DNA from: an uncultured Planctomycetaceae bacterium
GTDB taxonomy: Bacteria; Planctomycetota; Phycisphaerae; Sedimentisphaerales; UBA12454
Length of the DNA: 64,000 bases
Direction of reading: 5' to 3'
Assembly: GCA_964619675.1 (NCBI GenBank)
Contig: CAZUEO010000009.1
Coordinates: 139 to 64,138, forward strand
This document shows, in pieces, positions 19,644-28,881 of this stretch (the first letter of the stretch is position 1; every line of letters starts with the position of its first letter). A program made the position numbers and the translations under genes. The notes under the pieces were generated by a model. That model did no database searches, was not told the origin of the DNA, and saw only the letters and a program-made list of their open reading frames with translations.

Positions 19644-19705
19644 AGACAATAACAAATGCGTAAAATCTTCACAGACAGGTCTTTACGTTTTTATTGTCTT
19701 TTTTT
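19644..19705 (+). terminator. long hairpin plus T-run (terminator/attenuator-like) in the leader of the glycan operon
   Basis: AGACAATAA (19644-19652) pairs with TTATTGTCT (19691-19699). Inner stem CGTAAA (19659-19664) / TTTACG (19682-19687). T-run to 19705. A TTGTCT-18 nt-TATAAT (19694-19723) promoter-like pair overlaps its 3' arm. Confidence 0.35.
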
Positions 19706-19763
19706 AGAATACTCCGATATAATTTAGTGTTCCATAAAAACATACAATTGGAAGAATAACTAT

Positions 19764-20738
19764 ATGCGAAACAATCTGGAAATATCGGTAGTTATCCCGG
19801 TTTTTGACGAGCAGGAGAATCTGGAAAATATATATCAGCAGGTTTCGGATTCCCTGCAAAACAAGTACTCATTTGAGATAATATTCATAGATGACGGCAG
19901 CACAGATGGCAGTCGAAAAGTTCTTGAGAAGATACACCTTAAAGACTCAAAAGTGAAAGTAATAATATTCCGCCGAAATTTCGGTCAGACTGCGGCGATG
20001 AGCGCAGGTTTCGACCACGCGAAAGGCCAGATAATAGTTCCGCTCGATGCCGATGGCCAGAATGACCCTGCGGATATTCCGGCGCTGGTAGAGAGGCTAA
20101 AGGAAGGCTATGATATAGTAAGCGGCTGGCGAAAAGACCGAAAGGACAGAACCATCAGCAGAAAAATCCCGTCAGTAATGGCTAACTGGCTGATTGGAAA
20201 AATGACCGGCGTTAAACTTCATGATTATGGATGCAGCCTTAAGGCATACAAACGCGAAGTACTTGAAACGATTAACTTATACGGCGAGATGCACAGATTT
20301 ATACCTGCAATTGCAAGCTGGTCAGGTGCAAGAATTACGGAAATGGTTGTAAATCATCGGCCAAGAGTTGCCGGCGTCGCAAAATACGGCCTTGAAAGGA
20401 CAATGAAGGTATTTCTTGACCTTATGACGGTCAAGTTTTTAGGTTCTTATGCCACTAAACCCATATATATATTCGGCGGCTTGGGGGTTTTCAGCAGTAT
20501 AGGCGCTATCATCTGCAGCTTTATCGTATTATATATGAAATTTATAAGCGAGGAACACCTTGGAATGAACCGCAACCCACTTCTGCTGCTTACGGCAATT
20601 CTTATAATCACGACCATTCAGCTTATACTTATGGGGCTGCTTGCAGAAATGATTGTAAGAACTTATCACGAATCTCAAAAACGACCGATATACGTGATTC
20701 GAGAAATCCTCGAGTCAGCCGTCGGAGACGGTAAATGA
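19764..20738 (+). CDS. family 2 glycosyltransferase, polyprenyl-phosphate sugar synthase type (GtrB/ArnC-like)
   Basis: SVVIPVFDEQENL, FIDDGSTDGS, PLDADGQNDP, GEMHRFIP, plus two C-terminal TM helices. Confidence 0.88.
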   Translation: MRNNLEISVVIPVFDEQENLENIYQQVSDSLQNKYSFEIIFIDDGSTDGSRKVLEKIHLKDSKVKVIIFRRNFGQTAAMSAGFDHAKGQIIVPLDADGQNDPADIPALVERLKEGYDIVSGWRKDRKDRTISRKIPSVMANWLIGKMTGVKLHDYGCSLKAYKREVLETINLYGEMHRFIPAIASWSGARITEMVVNHRPRVAGVAKYGLERTMKVFLDLMTVKFLGSYATKPIYIFGGLGVFSSIGAIICSFIVLYMKFISEEHLGMNRNPLLLLTAILIITTIQLILMGLLAEMIVRTYHESQKRPIYVIREILESAVGDGK

Positions 20739-22600
20739 CAATGGGCAGGGTAAAGGGCAGACCGGTGCATAAAGATAAGAAACCGGCTGCAGTAACAGGC
20801 AAATCCGGCTCGGAGCTGACTGCAATTATCCTTGTTGCGATTCTTGCAGGAATACCATTTGGAATCGGCCGATATCTCGAGCTCAACTACCCTGACCCAT
20901 ACGACAGCGCTGCTAATGTTTATTCTGCACAACATATCCTCAATGGGGCAAGAATCGGGATTGATGAAAAGCCAAGCGCTGCTCTGGGAACATTATTAGT
21001 CAATATTTTAGGCGTTTGGCTACTGGGGTTCAGGGAATTAGGACCTAAACTGATTCAAATGATTTGTCAAGCAAGCGCTTTAATAGCAATGTATATTGCT
21101 CTGCGGAAACTGCTTGGCAAACTGCCGGCGGCTGTCAGTGTAATCGTTGCTTCAATTTATATCTCATCCCCTCTTATCGCCAAGTTCGGTAATGTCAAAG
21201 AGCAATATATGATAACTTGTATGGTAACGGCGATGAGTCTGTTTGTGCTCAGACAAACAGGTGGAAGCTGGTGGTACAGCTTTCTGGCCGGTGCCATTGT
21301 CAGTTGGGCACCCCTTTTCAAGGAGACAGGCTTATCCGCAATAGGAGCAATCGGGTTATTTGTAATACTGCAACCGATATTCCGTCACAGAACATGGAAA
21401 CAGACTGGGATTGATATTGCCCTGCTGCTGGCCGGTGCAACAGCAGCAATGGCACCCTTGTACGTCTGGATAATCGGATGGAAGGTTCAAATATCATTAC
21501 CGTATTCATTTGTGTGGGAGAATGTCAAAGGACTCCTACCAGGACACCAGGCATTGCCACAGGCGGACACTTATGTCTCGTCACTAAGGGCAACGATACC
21601 TTTTTCCCAGCAGTGGCCGCGGGTACTTCGATTTTATCTCGCCTTGTGTCTGCCGGTCTCGCTGGCTCTTGGTTCAATCGCTGCAAGAATTGGAAAAATG
21701 GTATTAAATCCCTCGAAAAAATCCGAACCCGCAATTGTCGGACGCGATTATGACCGGTTCGTTCTGCTGTTTGCAATCTGGTGGATTCTTGATATGGCTT
21801 TTGTCTGGATAAGCCCGGCCTCTTATGAGCAGTATTACCTGCCGTTAACCGCCTCCGGTGCAATGACAGGCGGTTATCTCATAGCCGTCTGGCGAGACAA
21901 ACTTATCAGTGCAGTATTCAAAACCAAATGGGTTATTACTGGAATCGGCAGTCTTATTCTGATGGTGATTATGTCCTGGCATATATTCTTCGGTCTGCCG
22001 AGAAGTCCGTACTCAGGTATAAAGTACCCTGCAAAACGAAACGGTTACGTTCAGCGATGGAATGAAGTCTGGCACCGCAAGCACGCGGGCTGGAAAGGGC
22101 CTTGGGAGATTGCGGGTGAGTATGTCCGCGACCATACACAGCCGAGCGATAAAATTTATGTATGGGGCTGGGTGCCGAGCATATATCTGTCGGCACAAAG
22201 GTTCTGTCCTGCTCCCAAAGCCTTTGAAAGTGAAATGCACACACGACCTCCCGAGCAGCTCGAACAGATAATCGATGGACTGCTCGGCTACTTTAACAAA
22301 GAAATGCCCAAATATATCGTGGACAGCAGAAAACAGCATTTGCCGCTGGACCGGCTTAAATTCGAGCTTTGGCCTATTGTAAACTATTCCAGCCGAGGAC
22401 AACCGCAGTTTTTACAGCTTGACCCGCAAATAGTGGCCGAATTTGAAAGGCAATGGGAGCAGATAACACGGGACAGATTTGGAAACGATGAGGCTCGTAG
22501 ATTCGAGATTATGGGCAAATTCAGAAAATTCATTAGAGAAAATTACGATATAGTCCAGATGTTCGGCAATTGTGTTGTTTTCAAACTGAAGAAAAAATAA
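20735..22600 (+). CDS. polytopic GT-C-type glycosyltransferase (ArnT/PMT family 39-like)
   Basis: 621 aa with more than 10 hydrophobic helices. Early loop has a DE motif (RIGIDEKPSA). Soluble C-terminal domain. 4-nt overlap with the upstream GT2. Confidence 0.6.
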   Translation: MTMGRVKGRPVHKDKKPAAVTGKSGSELTAIILVAILAGIPFGIGRYLELNYPDPYDSAANVYSAQHILNGARIGIDEKPSAALGTLLVNILGVWLLGFRELGPKLIQMICQASALIAMYIALRKLLGKLPAAVSVIVASIYISSPLIAKFGNVKEQYMITCMVTAMSLFVLRQTGGSWWYSFLAGAIVSWAPLFKETGLSAIGAIGLFVILQPIFRHRTWKQTGIDIALLLAGATAAMAPLYVWIIGWKVQISLPYSFVWENVKGLLPGHQALPQADTYVSSLRATIPFSQQWPRVLRFYLALCLPVSLALGSIAARIGKMVLNPSKKSEPAIVGRDYDRFVLLFAIWWILDMAFVWISPASYEQYYLPLTASGAMTGGYLIAVWRDKLISAVFKTKWVITGIGSLILMVIMSWHIFFGLPRSPYSGIKYPAKRNGYVQRWNEVWHRKHAGWKGPWEIAGEYVRDHTQPSDKIYVWGWVPSIYLSAQRFCPAPKAFESEMHTRPPEQLEQIIDGLLGYFNKEMPKYIVDSRKQHLPLDRLKFELWPIVNYSSRGQPQFLQLDPQIVAEFERQWEQITRDRFGNDEARRFEIMGKFRKFIRENYDIVQMFGNCVVFKLKKK

Positions 22601-23737
22601 ATGAATATCTTAATGTTGAATTATGAATTTCCTCCCATAGGAGGTGGTGCAGGTAAAGTGCATCTGAATATGCTCAGGGAATACTCAAAACAAAAAGACC
22701 TGAACATCGACGTATTGACCTCGGCACCACAACCATCAAATCTCATTATCGAATTTTCTGATAACGTAAATATTCATAAAGTCGGTATTCATAAAAAAAA
22801 TCTGCATTTCTGGAGAAAAACAGAAATTCTTGAGTGGATTATCAAGGCCGGCCATTATTATAAAAAACTGATTAAGCACAAAAAATACGACCTGGTTCAT
22901 TCTTTTTTCGGATTTCCTACAGGCTGGTTCTGCTATAAAAGCAGAAACAAGCTGCCTTATATGGTTTCACTAAGAGGTTCGGATGTTCCCGGCAAAAATT
23001 TAAGATTTGCATTCGAATACAAGCTGCTGGGAATCATATTTAAAGCTATCTGGAGAAACGCTTCTGTCCTGATAGCATGCAGTAAGGGATTAAAGCAAAG
23101 AGCATTAAAATTTTACCCTCAGGCAAAGATAGATGTTGTGCCAAACGGTGTTGACATCGAAAAATTTCACCCTGCACCAGAAAACAAGGTAAAAAAATCC
23201 AACATAATCAGTCTTATCACCGTCGGCAGACTAAGTATTACCAAAAGAGTCGACATTTTAATCGATGCGGTCAAAATTCTTGTCGAGCAGGAGAAAAACG
23301 TCAAGTTGCTCATTGTCGGCGGAGGCTCCCTTAAAGATTCTCTTGAAAAAATTACCGTTCAGAAAAATCTTGCGGATTTTATTGAATTCAAAGGAATCGT
23401 AGATTCACAGGAAATGCCCCGGCTTTACCAAAATAATGACCTGTATATCAGTGCTACTATGCAGGAGGGAATGAGCAACGCTATGCTCGAGGCAATGGCG
23501 TGCGGTTTGCCAATTATAACAACGCCATGCGAAGGTATTGACGAACTGATAAAGAATAACGGTATAATAGTCAGCCAAGAATCGGCAGAGGCAATTGCAA
23601 AAGCGATATCAGGGCTGGTTATGGATACCGAGAAGATGGAATCAATGTCCAAAGCGGCAAGAAAACACTCCGAAAACTTTACCTGGGAATCTGTTTCGCA
23701 GGCTTATCTGAAACTTTACAAGAAAATTTTACCGTGA
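22601..23737 (+). CDS. family 4 (GT-B) glycosyltransferase
   Basis: EFPPIGGGAGKV N-terminus and the EGMSNAMLEAMACGLPIITT (EX7E) motif. Confidence 0.88.
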   Translation: MNILMLNYEFPPIGGGAGKVHLNMLREYSKQKDLNIDVLTSAPQPSNLIIEFSDNVNIHKVGIHKKNLHFWRKTEILEWIIKAGHYYKKLIKHKKYDLVHSFFGFPTGWFCYKSRNKLPYMVSLRGSDVPGKNLRFAFEYKLLGIIFKAIWRNASVLIACSKGLKQRALKFYPQAKIDVVPNGVDIEKFHPAPENKVKKSNIISLITVGRLSITKRVDILIDAVKILVEQEKNVKLLIVGGGSLKDSLEKITVQKNLADFIEFKGIVDSQEMPRLYQNNDLYISATMQEGMSNAMLEAMACGLPIITTPCEGIDELIKNNGIIVSQESAEAIAKAISGLVMDTEKMESMSKAARKHSENFTWESVSQAYLKLYKKILP

Positions 23738-24645
23738 AAACATTCTGCATAACAATCGATACCGAACCGGATTGCGATATTCACTGGAAAAGATCGCAGC
23801 CACTATCCTTCGAGTCTGTTTTGTCCGGCATTCCTTATATTCTACGGCCTATCTGGGATTTATATGGAATCAGGCCGGTATATTTCGTTTCTCCGGAAGT
23901 AATCAACAACAATCAATGCTGCCAGGCACTAAAAAACGAAATTAAATCAGGAGCAGAAATAGGCACGCACCTGCATTCGGAGTATGTAGAGCCCCAGATA
24001 AAACATAATCAGGCAGATGGAACTGCAAGCGATGAATTTCCCTGCTTTGCTTACAGTGAGGCAATAGAATTTGAAAAAATAAAAAATCTTACCAACTCAA
24101 TAAAGCAGAATTTAAATATTCAGCCTGTTTCCTACAGAGCCGCAAGATACGGAGCGGATTTATCAACTATAAAATCTCTTGAGAAACTGGGCTATAAAGT
24201 GGATAGTTCCGTTACGCCGAACATTAACTGGTCTTCTATCGGAGGGCCAGACCATTCAGCCGCATTAAAACAGCCATATTTCGTTAACCACGAAAACCTA
24301 TATCGCGCCGGCAATATGAAAATCCTTGAAGTGCCAATCACTATTTCGAAAAAACGACTGCCTTTGCTGCCTGACAAATGGCTGTTTTACCGCTGGCTAA
24401 GACCGAGCCATATGACCATTTTTGAGATGAAAATGGTAGTAAACGAGCTTCTTGCCAATTTTGAAAATCCCGTTTTAAATATGATGTTTCATTCAATGGA
24501 AATAATTGTCGGCAAAACGCCGTTTGTGCGCACTAAGTTTGAACAAAAATTTTTCCTGCGAAGACTTGAAAAAATCATACAATATATGACAAAAAAGGAC
24601 TTCAGAAATAAAACTCTTAAAGAAATTTACGATGAAAAATTATGA
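23734..24645 (+). CDS. putative polysaccharide deacetylase-like (CE4-like) protein
   Basis: FCITIDTEPD N-terminus and a GTHLHSEY His cluster. The assignment is weak. Confidence 0.4.
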   Translation: MKTFCITIDTEPDCDIHWKRSQPLSFESVLSGIPYILRPIWDLYGIRPVYFVSPEVINNNQCCQALKNEIKSGAEIGTHLHSEYVEPQIKHNQADGTASDEFPCFAYSEAIEFEKIKNLTNSIKQNLNIQPVSYRAARYGADLSTIKSLEKLGYKVDSSVTPNINWSSIGGPDHSAALKQPYFVNHENLYRAGNMKILEVPITISKKRLPLLPDKWLFYRWLRPSHMTIFEMKMVVNELLANFENPVLNMMFHSMEIIVGKTPFVRTKFEQKFFLRRLEKIIQYMTKKDFRNKTLKEIYDEKL

Positions 24646-25255
24646 AAGATATAAATCCGTAAGCACTGCCGATTACGACAAAAAGACTTTTATGTTCTGG
24701 CTTTGCCGAGTACCTTCAGACAAAAAAATACTCCCATACATATCCGGTCTGAAGAATAAAAAAATCCTCGATGTCGGTCTTGGCACAGGCTATTACGCAA
24801 AAATGCTAATTAAAAATAACAACGTCATCGGTGTCGACCAGAACATCCATCTTTGCAGATTGCCTATCCGGCTGTATCAAGGTGATGCAACACAGCTTTC
24901 AAAAATCGTTAAAAGCGAAAAATTTGATGTTGTGTTTTCGACGTGGATGACGGAATATTTGAATCCTGAACAATTAAGTGCCTTCTTAAGTGAGGCCAAA
25001 AAAGTTTTAAACGAAAATGGAACATTCATCAGCACATTTATTTCAAATTATTGTTTAGGCTACGCCTATATAAAACTTGCAAAAACATTGAAGAATATCG
25101 ATAAATATTACTATAGTAAAAAACAGATATTGGAACTCATCAGCCAGGCAGGCTTCAAAGATATCGAAATCATCAATATAAACTCCTGGCTGAATATTCC
25201 ATGGGCTTATATGGTAACTGCAGAAAAAATGGTAGATGTTCTGGCGGCAATTTGA
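24632..25255 (+). CDS. class I SAM-dependent methyltransferase
   Basis: Motif I ILDVGLGTGYYAKML, VIGVDQ, FDVVFSTWMTEYL. Confidence 0.75.
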   Translation: MKNYERYKSVSTADYDKKTFMFWLCRVPSDKKILPYISGLKNKKILDVGLGTGYYAKMLIKNNNVIGVDQNIHLCRLPIRLYQGDATQLSKIVKSEKFDVVFSTWMTEYLNPEQLSAFLSEAKKVLNENGTFISTFISNYCLGYAYIKLAKTLKNIDKYYYSKKQILELISQAGFKDIEIININSWLNIPWAYMVTAEKMVDVLAAI

Positions 25256-25324
25256 TAACATGGTGCATTATAATTGATGTGTAAATTAAAAAAAATCATA
25301 AGGTGGTTTTAAGGAGATAGAAAA

Positions 25325-26038
25325 TTGGTCAAACAGCTAAACAGCAATGAAAACAAACGGTTATTTGAGGGAATGCCAGACCATGAATATTCAGGCGACC
25401 TGATATGTAACGTGATTGCAGGTATGTCTCGGGCATATACGAAGGGCAAAGTGCTCGATGTAGGGGCTGGAACAGGGGCCTTGCTTAAAGCAATCAAAGC
25501 CAAGGTTGCTATTGGTATTGGTATTGGTATTGGTATTGGTATTGGTATTGATCTTGCTCCAAAATCCGAAGCTGTCCAACGTGGCGATTGCACACACCTT
25601 GATTTTGGCGATTGCAGTTTTGACACCGTCTTTTGCACAGATGTCATTGAACACCTATCTGATAAAGATTTAGCCGCCTGTCTAACCGAAATACACCGAG
25701 TATTAAAACCTGGCGGACACGCAATATTTACCACGAACAACAATGAGCGGTTAGAACAGCGGGCAGTTTGTTGCCCGGAATGTGGATGCCGATTTCACGC
25801 CATAGGTCATTGCCAGGTTTTTAATGAGGAAAGAATAAGGGATGTGTTTCCAAAACTTGGATTTAAAATTTGCAAAGTTCGGGTAGCCAATTTCGGTTTT
25901 ATAGCGACCTTTGGCTGGATGGCCAAGTTATTTTATTTACTACGGTTACACAAATTAAAACCAGTCTACAGAATTACAAGTGATATGTTTTTTGCGGCAA
26001 AAAAAATGGGGCCAAATCAAATAGATATTAAGCAATAG
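25325..26038 (+). CDS. class I SAM-dependent methyltransferase carrying an in-frame (GI)n repeat
   Basis: TTG start 8 nt after AGGAGA. Motif I VLDVGAGTGALL, FDTVFCTDVIEHL, LKPGGHAIF. Cys/His cluster CCPECGCRFHAIGHC. Confidence 0.8.
   Translation: MVKQLNSNENKRLFEGMPDHEYSGDLICNVIAGMSRAYTKGKVLDVGAGTGALLKAIKAKVAIGIGIGIGIGIGIDLAPKSEAVQRGDCTHLDFGDCSFDTVFCTDVIEHLSDKDLAACLTEIHRVLKPGGHAIFTTNNNERLEQRAVCCPECGCRFHAIGHCQVFNEERIRDVFPKLGFKICKVRVANFGFIATFGWMAKLFYLLRLHKLKPVYRITSDMFFAAKKMGPNQIDIKQ
25511..25550. repeat. hexanucleotide microsatellite (ATTGGT)x6 plus partial unit, inside the CDS
   Basis: Six perfect tandem ATTGGT units at 25511-25546, then ATTG. Translates to IGIGIGIGIGIGID. Confidence 0.95.
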
Positions 26039-26130
26039 TCAAAAAAGATTTACTATAATCTCTAAAAAAATATCATAAAAAGCAATACATAATATCCTGA
26101 GACGTAAATATTGTCAGGTATCTTTGAGGA

Positions 26131-27123
26131 TTGTTTTTGAACGAAAGAAATAAAAGAATAGTTAAACTTCTGGTCAGGGTCTTGATTACCTTGTTACTCC
26201 TGACATGGGTCTTTACGAAAATTGATTTCCAGCAGTTTGTTGACATTGCAAGGAAAACCAAGTGGTCTTTTTTGATTTTAAGCTGGATATTGACTCTTTT
26301 CAGCTTCTGGGTGATGTCCTTTACAATGCGCCTTATTATGAAGCGACTGGATTGTGAAGTTAGTACAGGCACCGTTTTTCTTGCATCTGCGATTACCGCA
26401 CTTTATGGAATGATACTCCCCGGCATACTGGACGTGTCTGCGAAATGGTATGTTCTTAAACTTCACACAGGTAAGCCAAGCCATGTGCTTAGCGGTATGG
26501 TGTATAATCAATTCATATCGATTTTGATGATAGTTATTTTTGGCTTGTCTGCATTAATAATATCCAACCCAACCTCGAATTTTAAGTTGCCTTTAATCTG
26601 TATTTTTTTGCTTATAATAACTATTTTATGTTGCCTATTATTACTTAACCGAATCACTGGCCCTAAAGTAACTAATTTTTTTGGTTCAATGTTAAACCGA
26701 CTGCCTGCAAGAATAAATAACGTAGGCCAAAAAATATTGGACCATCTGTCGATATTTCAAACGGCCGAGTGGAAGTTTCATTTACAAATATTATTGCTGG
26801 CCGCGTTTGCAACCTCTTTAGGCATAATAGTTTACGTTTTTGCAGCAAAAGCAGCGGGTATAACAGTTTCGTTCGGGGTTCTCGTATGGCAAAGCTCGCT
26901 TATTTACCTGTTGGGACGGCTGCCGATTTCCGTAGCTAACCTCGGTGTAAGGGAAATTACCATAGTCGGGAGTCTGACTCAATACGGGGTCTCAGCACCA
27001 GAGGCCTTGTTAATGTCAATGGTAGTATTTTCAAACAAGATTATAATGGCGATTTTGGGAGCGATTTATCAAATCTACCTGGTATTTCACGATAACAAAT
27101 CTACTCAAGCCGAAAAACATTAA
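26131..27123 (+). CDS. flippase-like membrane protein (lysylphosphatidylglycerol-synthase TM-domain family)
   Basis: N-terminus RIVKLLVRVLITLLLLTWVFTKIDFQQF and about 8 TM helices. TTG start. Confidence 0.55.
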   Translation: MFLNERNKRIVKLLVRVLITLLLLTWVFTKIDFQQFVDIARKTKWSFLILSWILTLFSFWVMSFTMRLIMKRLDCEVSTGTVFLASAITALYGMILPGILDVSAKWYVLKLHTGKPSHVLSGMVYNQFISILMIVIFGLSALIISNPTSNFKLPLICIFLLIITILCCLLLLNRITGPKVTNFFGSMLNRLPARINNVGQKILDHLSIFQTAEWKFHLQILLLAAFATSLGIIVYVFAAKAAGITVSFGVLVWQSSLIYLLGRLPISVANLGVREITIVGSLTQYGVSAPEALLMSMVVFSNKIIMAILGAIYQIYLVFHDNKSTQAEKH

Positions 27124-28855
27124 TGAATCTACCGTTACTCCTGATTTGTGTTATGAATTTATAAGGGCCTGCATCCTTGGTATTAATCAGGAAGGGTATT
27201 GTTTTGTGAAGGTTTAGAGCGCGGTCGCCCCACGGGTCCTTGCTAAGACCTTCTCTGCTTGCCCAGCAGACATAGGTAACATTTTTCTCTCTAAGTTTTT
27301 CCACAAGCTGCTCCGGACTATCAGCATAAGGAAAATTGATAAAACATTCGGCAGACCGGGGGACAAATATAGCCACCGTCTCATGCATATATACCACCAT
27401 TTTCTCGTCCGGTTTGGCATTGTCGGCATACCAGTCAGCCAGATATTTAAATTCAATGTCCTGCTGGCCGTCCCCCAGCAAAGGCGCAATGGAAAACTGA
27501 CTCGACAGTATTACAGGAATAATTACTGCTGCAATCACCGCATCTGACAATAAATGCCTGAATTTGTACAGAAAAGCTCTGGATAATACGATCAGAATAA
27601 TCACAGAAATCATAATAAAGGGCAAAAATCTGACCGCAGGACAAATCGCTGCCAATTGTCGTAAATAAGACACAAGAGGAGTTATTAAAAATAAAGCGAT
27701 AATTATCATAACTGCCTGAAAAACCATAATTACAACGCCGGGAAAATGTAATTTGTCATTTACAATGTTCCAGAACTGCCTTACGCCGAATATACCTATC
27801 AGCAGAGCTATCCAGGAAATTGTTGAATGATACCTGGGAATCGGATAAGGATAATAGGCATGAACAAGAAAATAAGGGACAAAGAAAATCAACAAGATAA
27901 ATATGAGTCGGTTTCTTTTTATAAGACCATAGACTGCCCCAAATGCAAAAGTCACCAGTGCCGTGAATTTACTGACAGACCATAACGTTTCAAACGCTTC
28001 CCGGCCTGACTTAGGGTCTATCATAAGCAAAGGTCTGAAACCCACATTCCACATCAGGCCCAAATGCTTTACTATTCCTGTACGTTCCTGACGTGTCTTG
28101 AGAAAATACTGTGTATGTCTTTTTGTAAAAACCGCCAGATAATGATCGGTGGAGGTTCCAATGTCGGTATACAGGAAAGTGCCCAAAAGCCACAACATCA
28201 GAGGAATAGAAGCCAGCACAGAGTAAACAAACGCAATAATCCTCTCCTTGTTCGTTTTTTTGTAAATCATATCCATTACAAACGCAGCAAGTATCAGTGC
28301 GGCGCCTTCATATCTTACCATCGTTGTTATAGAGGCCGTCAGATACGCCCAGCTTGAATTTCTGCAGATGAGATATATCGTCAGCAAAACAAAAAACAGC
28401 AGGGGCATTTCAGCCAGAGGCTCCCTGAGCATATATAGTGTCCAGGGAGTAATCGAGACAATTATAGCAAGCCATATGGCGCCCCTGCCAATCAGTCTCT
28501 TGCCGATTAACCACAGAAGAATAAGATTCAACGGATTAAGAATGGAATTCAGCAGCCAGCCCCCTCTTAAATCAGGAAACCTTCCTCCCGCCAGTTTGCC
28601 GAAAAGAATCTGCAGAACACCCGTCACAGGCCCTCGTTTAAAATCTGATGGACGCTGGAAAGATAAAATCTCACGCCCCGTTTGTACAAAGGCGGGAAAA
28701 TCGGATATCGGTACAATCTTATGCCCAAAAAGAATAAAACTCTGATAAATACCGACAGCCACCAAAATACAAACTGCAAAATACTCAAAGTATTTATCCT
28801 GTTTGTCCGTGTTTATCTTTACCTCAATATGCTTTGACCGCTTTTTTGCCTTCAC
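27101..28855 (-). CDS. large polytopic membrane protein, GT-C-like glycosyltransferase candidate
   Basis: 584 aa with more than 10 hydrophobic helices and a soluble C-terminal domain. Last gene of the minus-strand operon. 23-nt convergent overlap with 26131..27123. Confidence 0.45.
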   Translation of the reverse strand: MKAKKRSKHIEVKINTDKQDKYFEYFAVCILVAVGIYQSFILFGHKIVPISDFPAFVQTGREILSFQRPSDFKRGPVTGVLQILFGKLAGGRFPDLRGGWLLNSILNPLNLILLWLIGKRLIGRGAIWLAIIVSITPWTLYMLREPLAEMPLLFFVLLTIYLICRNSSWAYLTASITTMVRYEGAALILAAFVMDMIYKKTNKERIIAFVYSVLASIPLMLWLLGTFLYTDIGTSTDHYLAVFTKRHTQYFLKTRQERTGIVKHLGLMWNVGFRPLLMIDPKSGREAFETLWSVSKFTALVTFAFGAVYGLIKRNRLIFILLIFFVPYFLVHAYYPYPIPRYHSTISWIALLIGIFGVRQFWNIVNDKLHFPGVVIMVFQAVMIIIALFLITPLVSYLRQLAAICPAVRFLPFIMISVIILIVLSRAFLYKFRHLLSDAVIAAVIIPVILSSQFSIAPLLGDGQQDIEFKYLADWYADNAKPDEKMVVYMHETVAIFVPRSAECFINFPYADSPEQLVEKLREKNVTYVCWASREGLSKDPWGDRALNLHKTIPFLINTKDAGPYKFITQIRSNGRFINVFRLE

Positions 28856-28881
28856 TTTTCAAGCTTCTAAAAATTACCATA

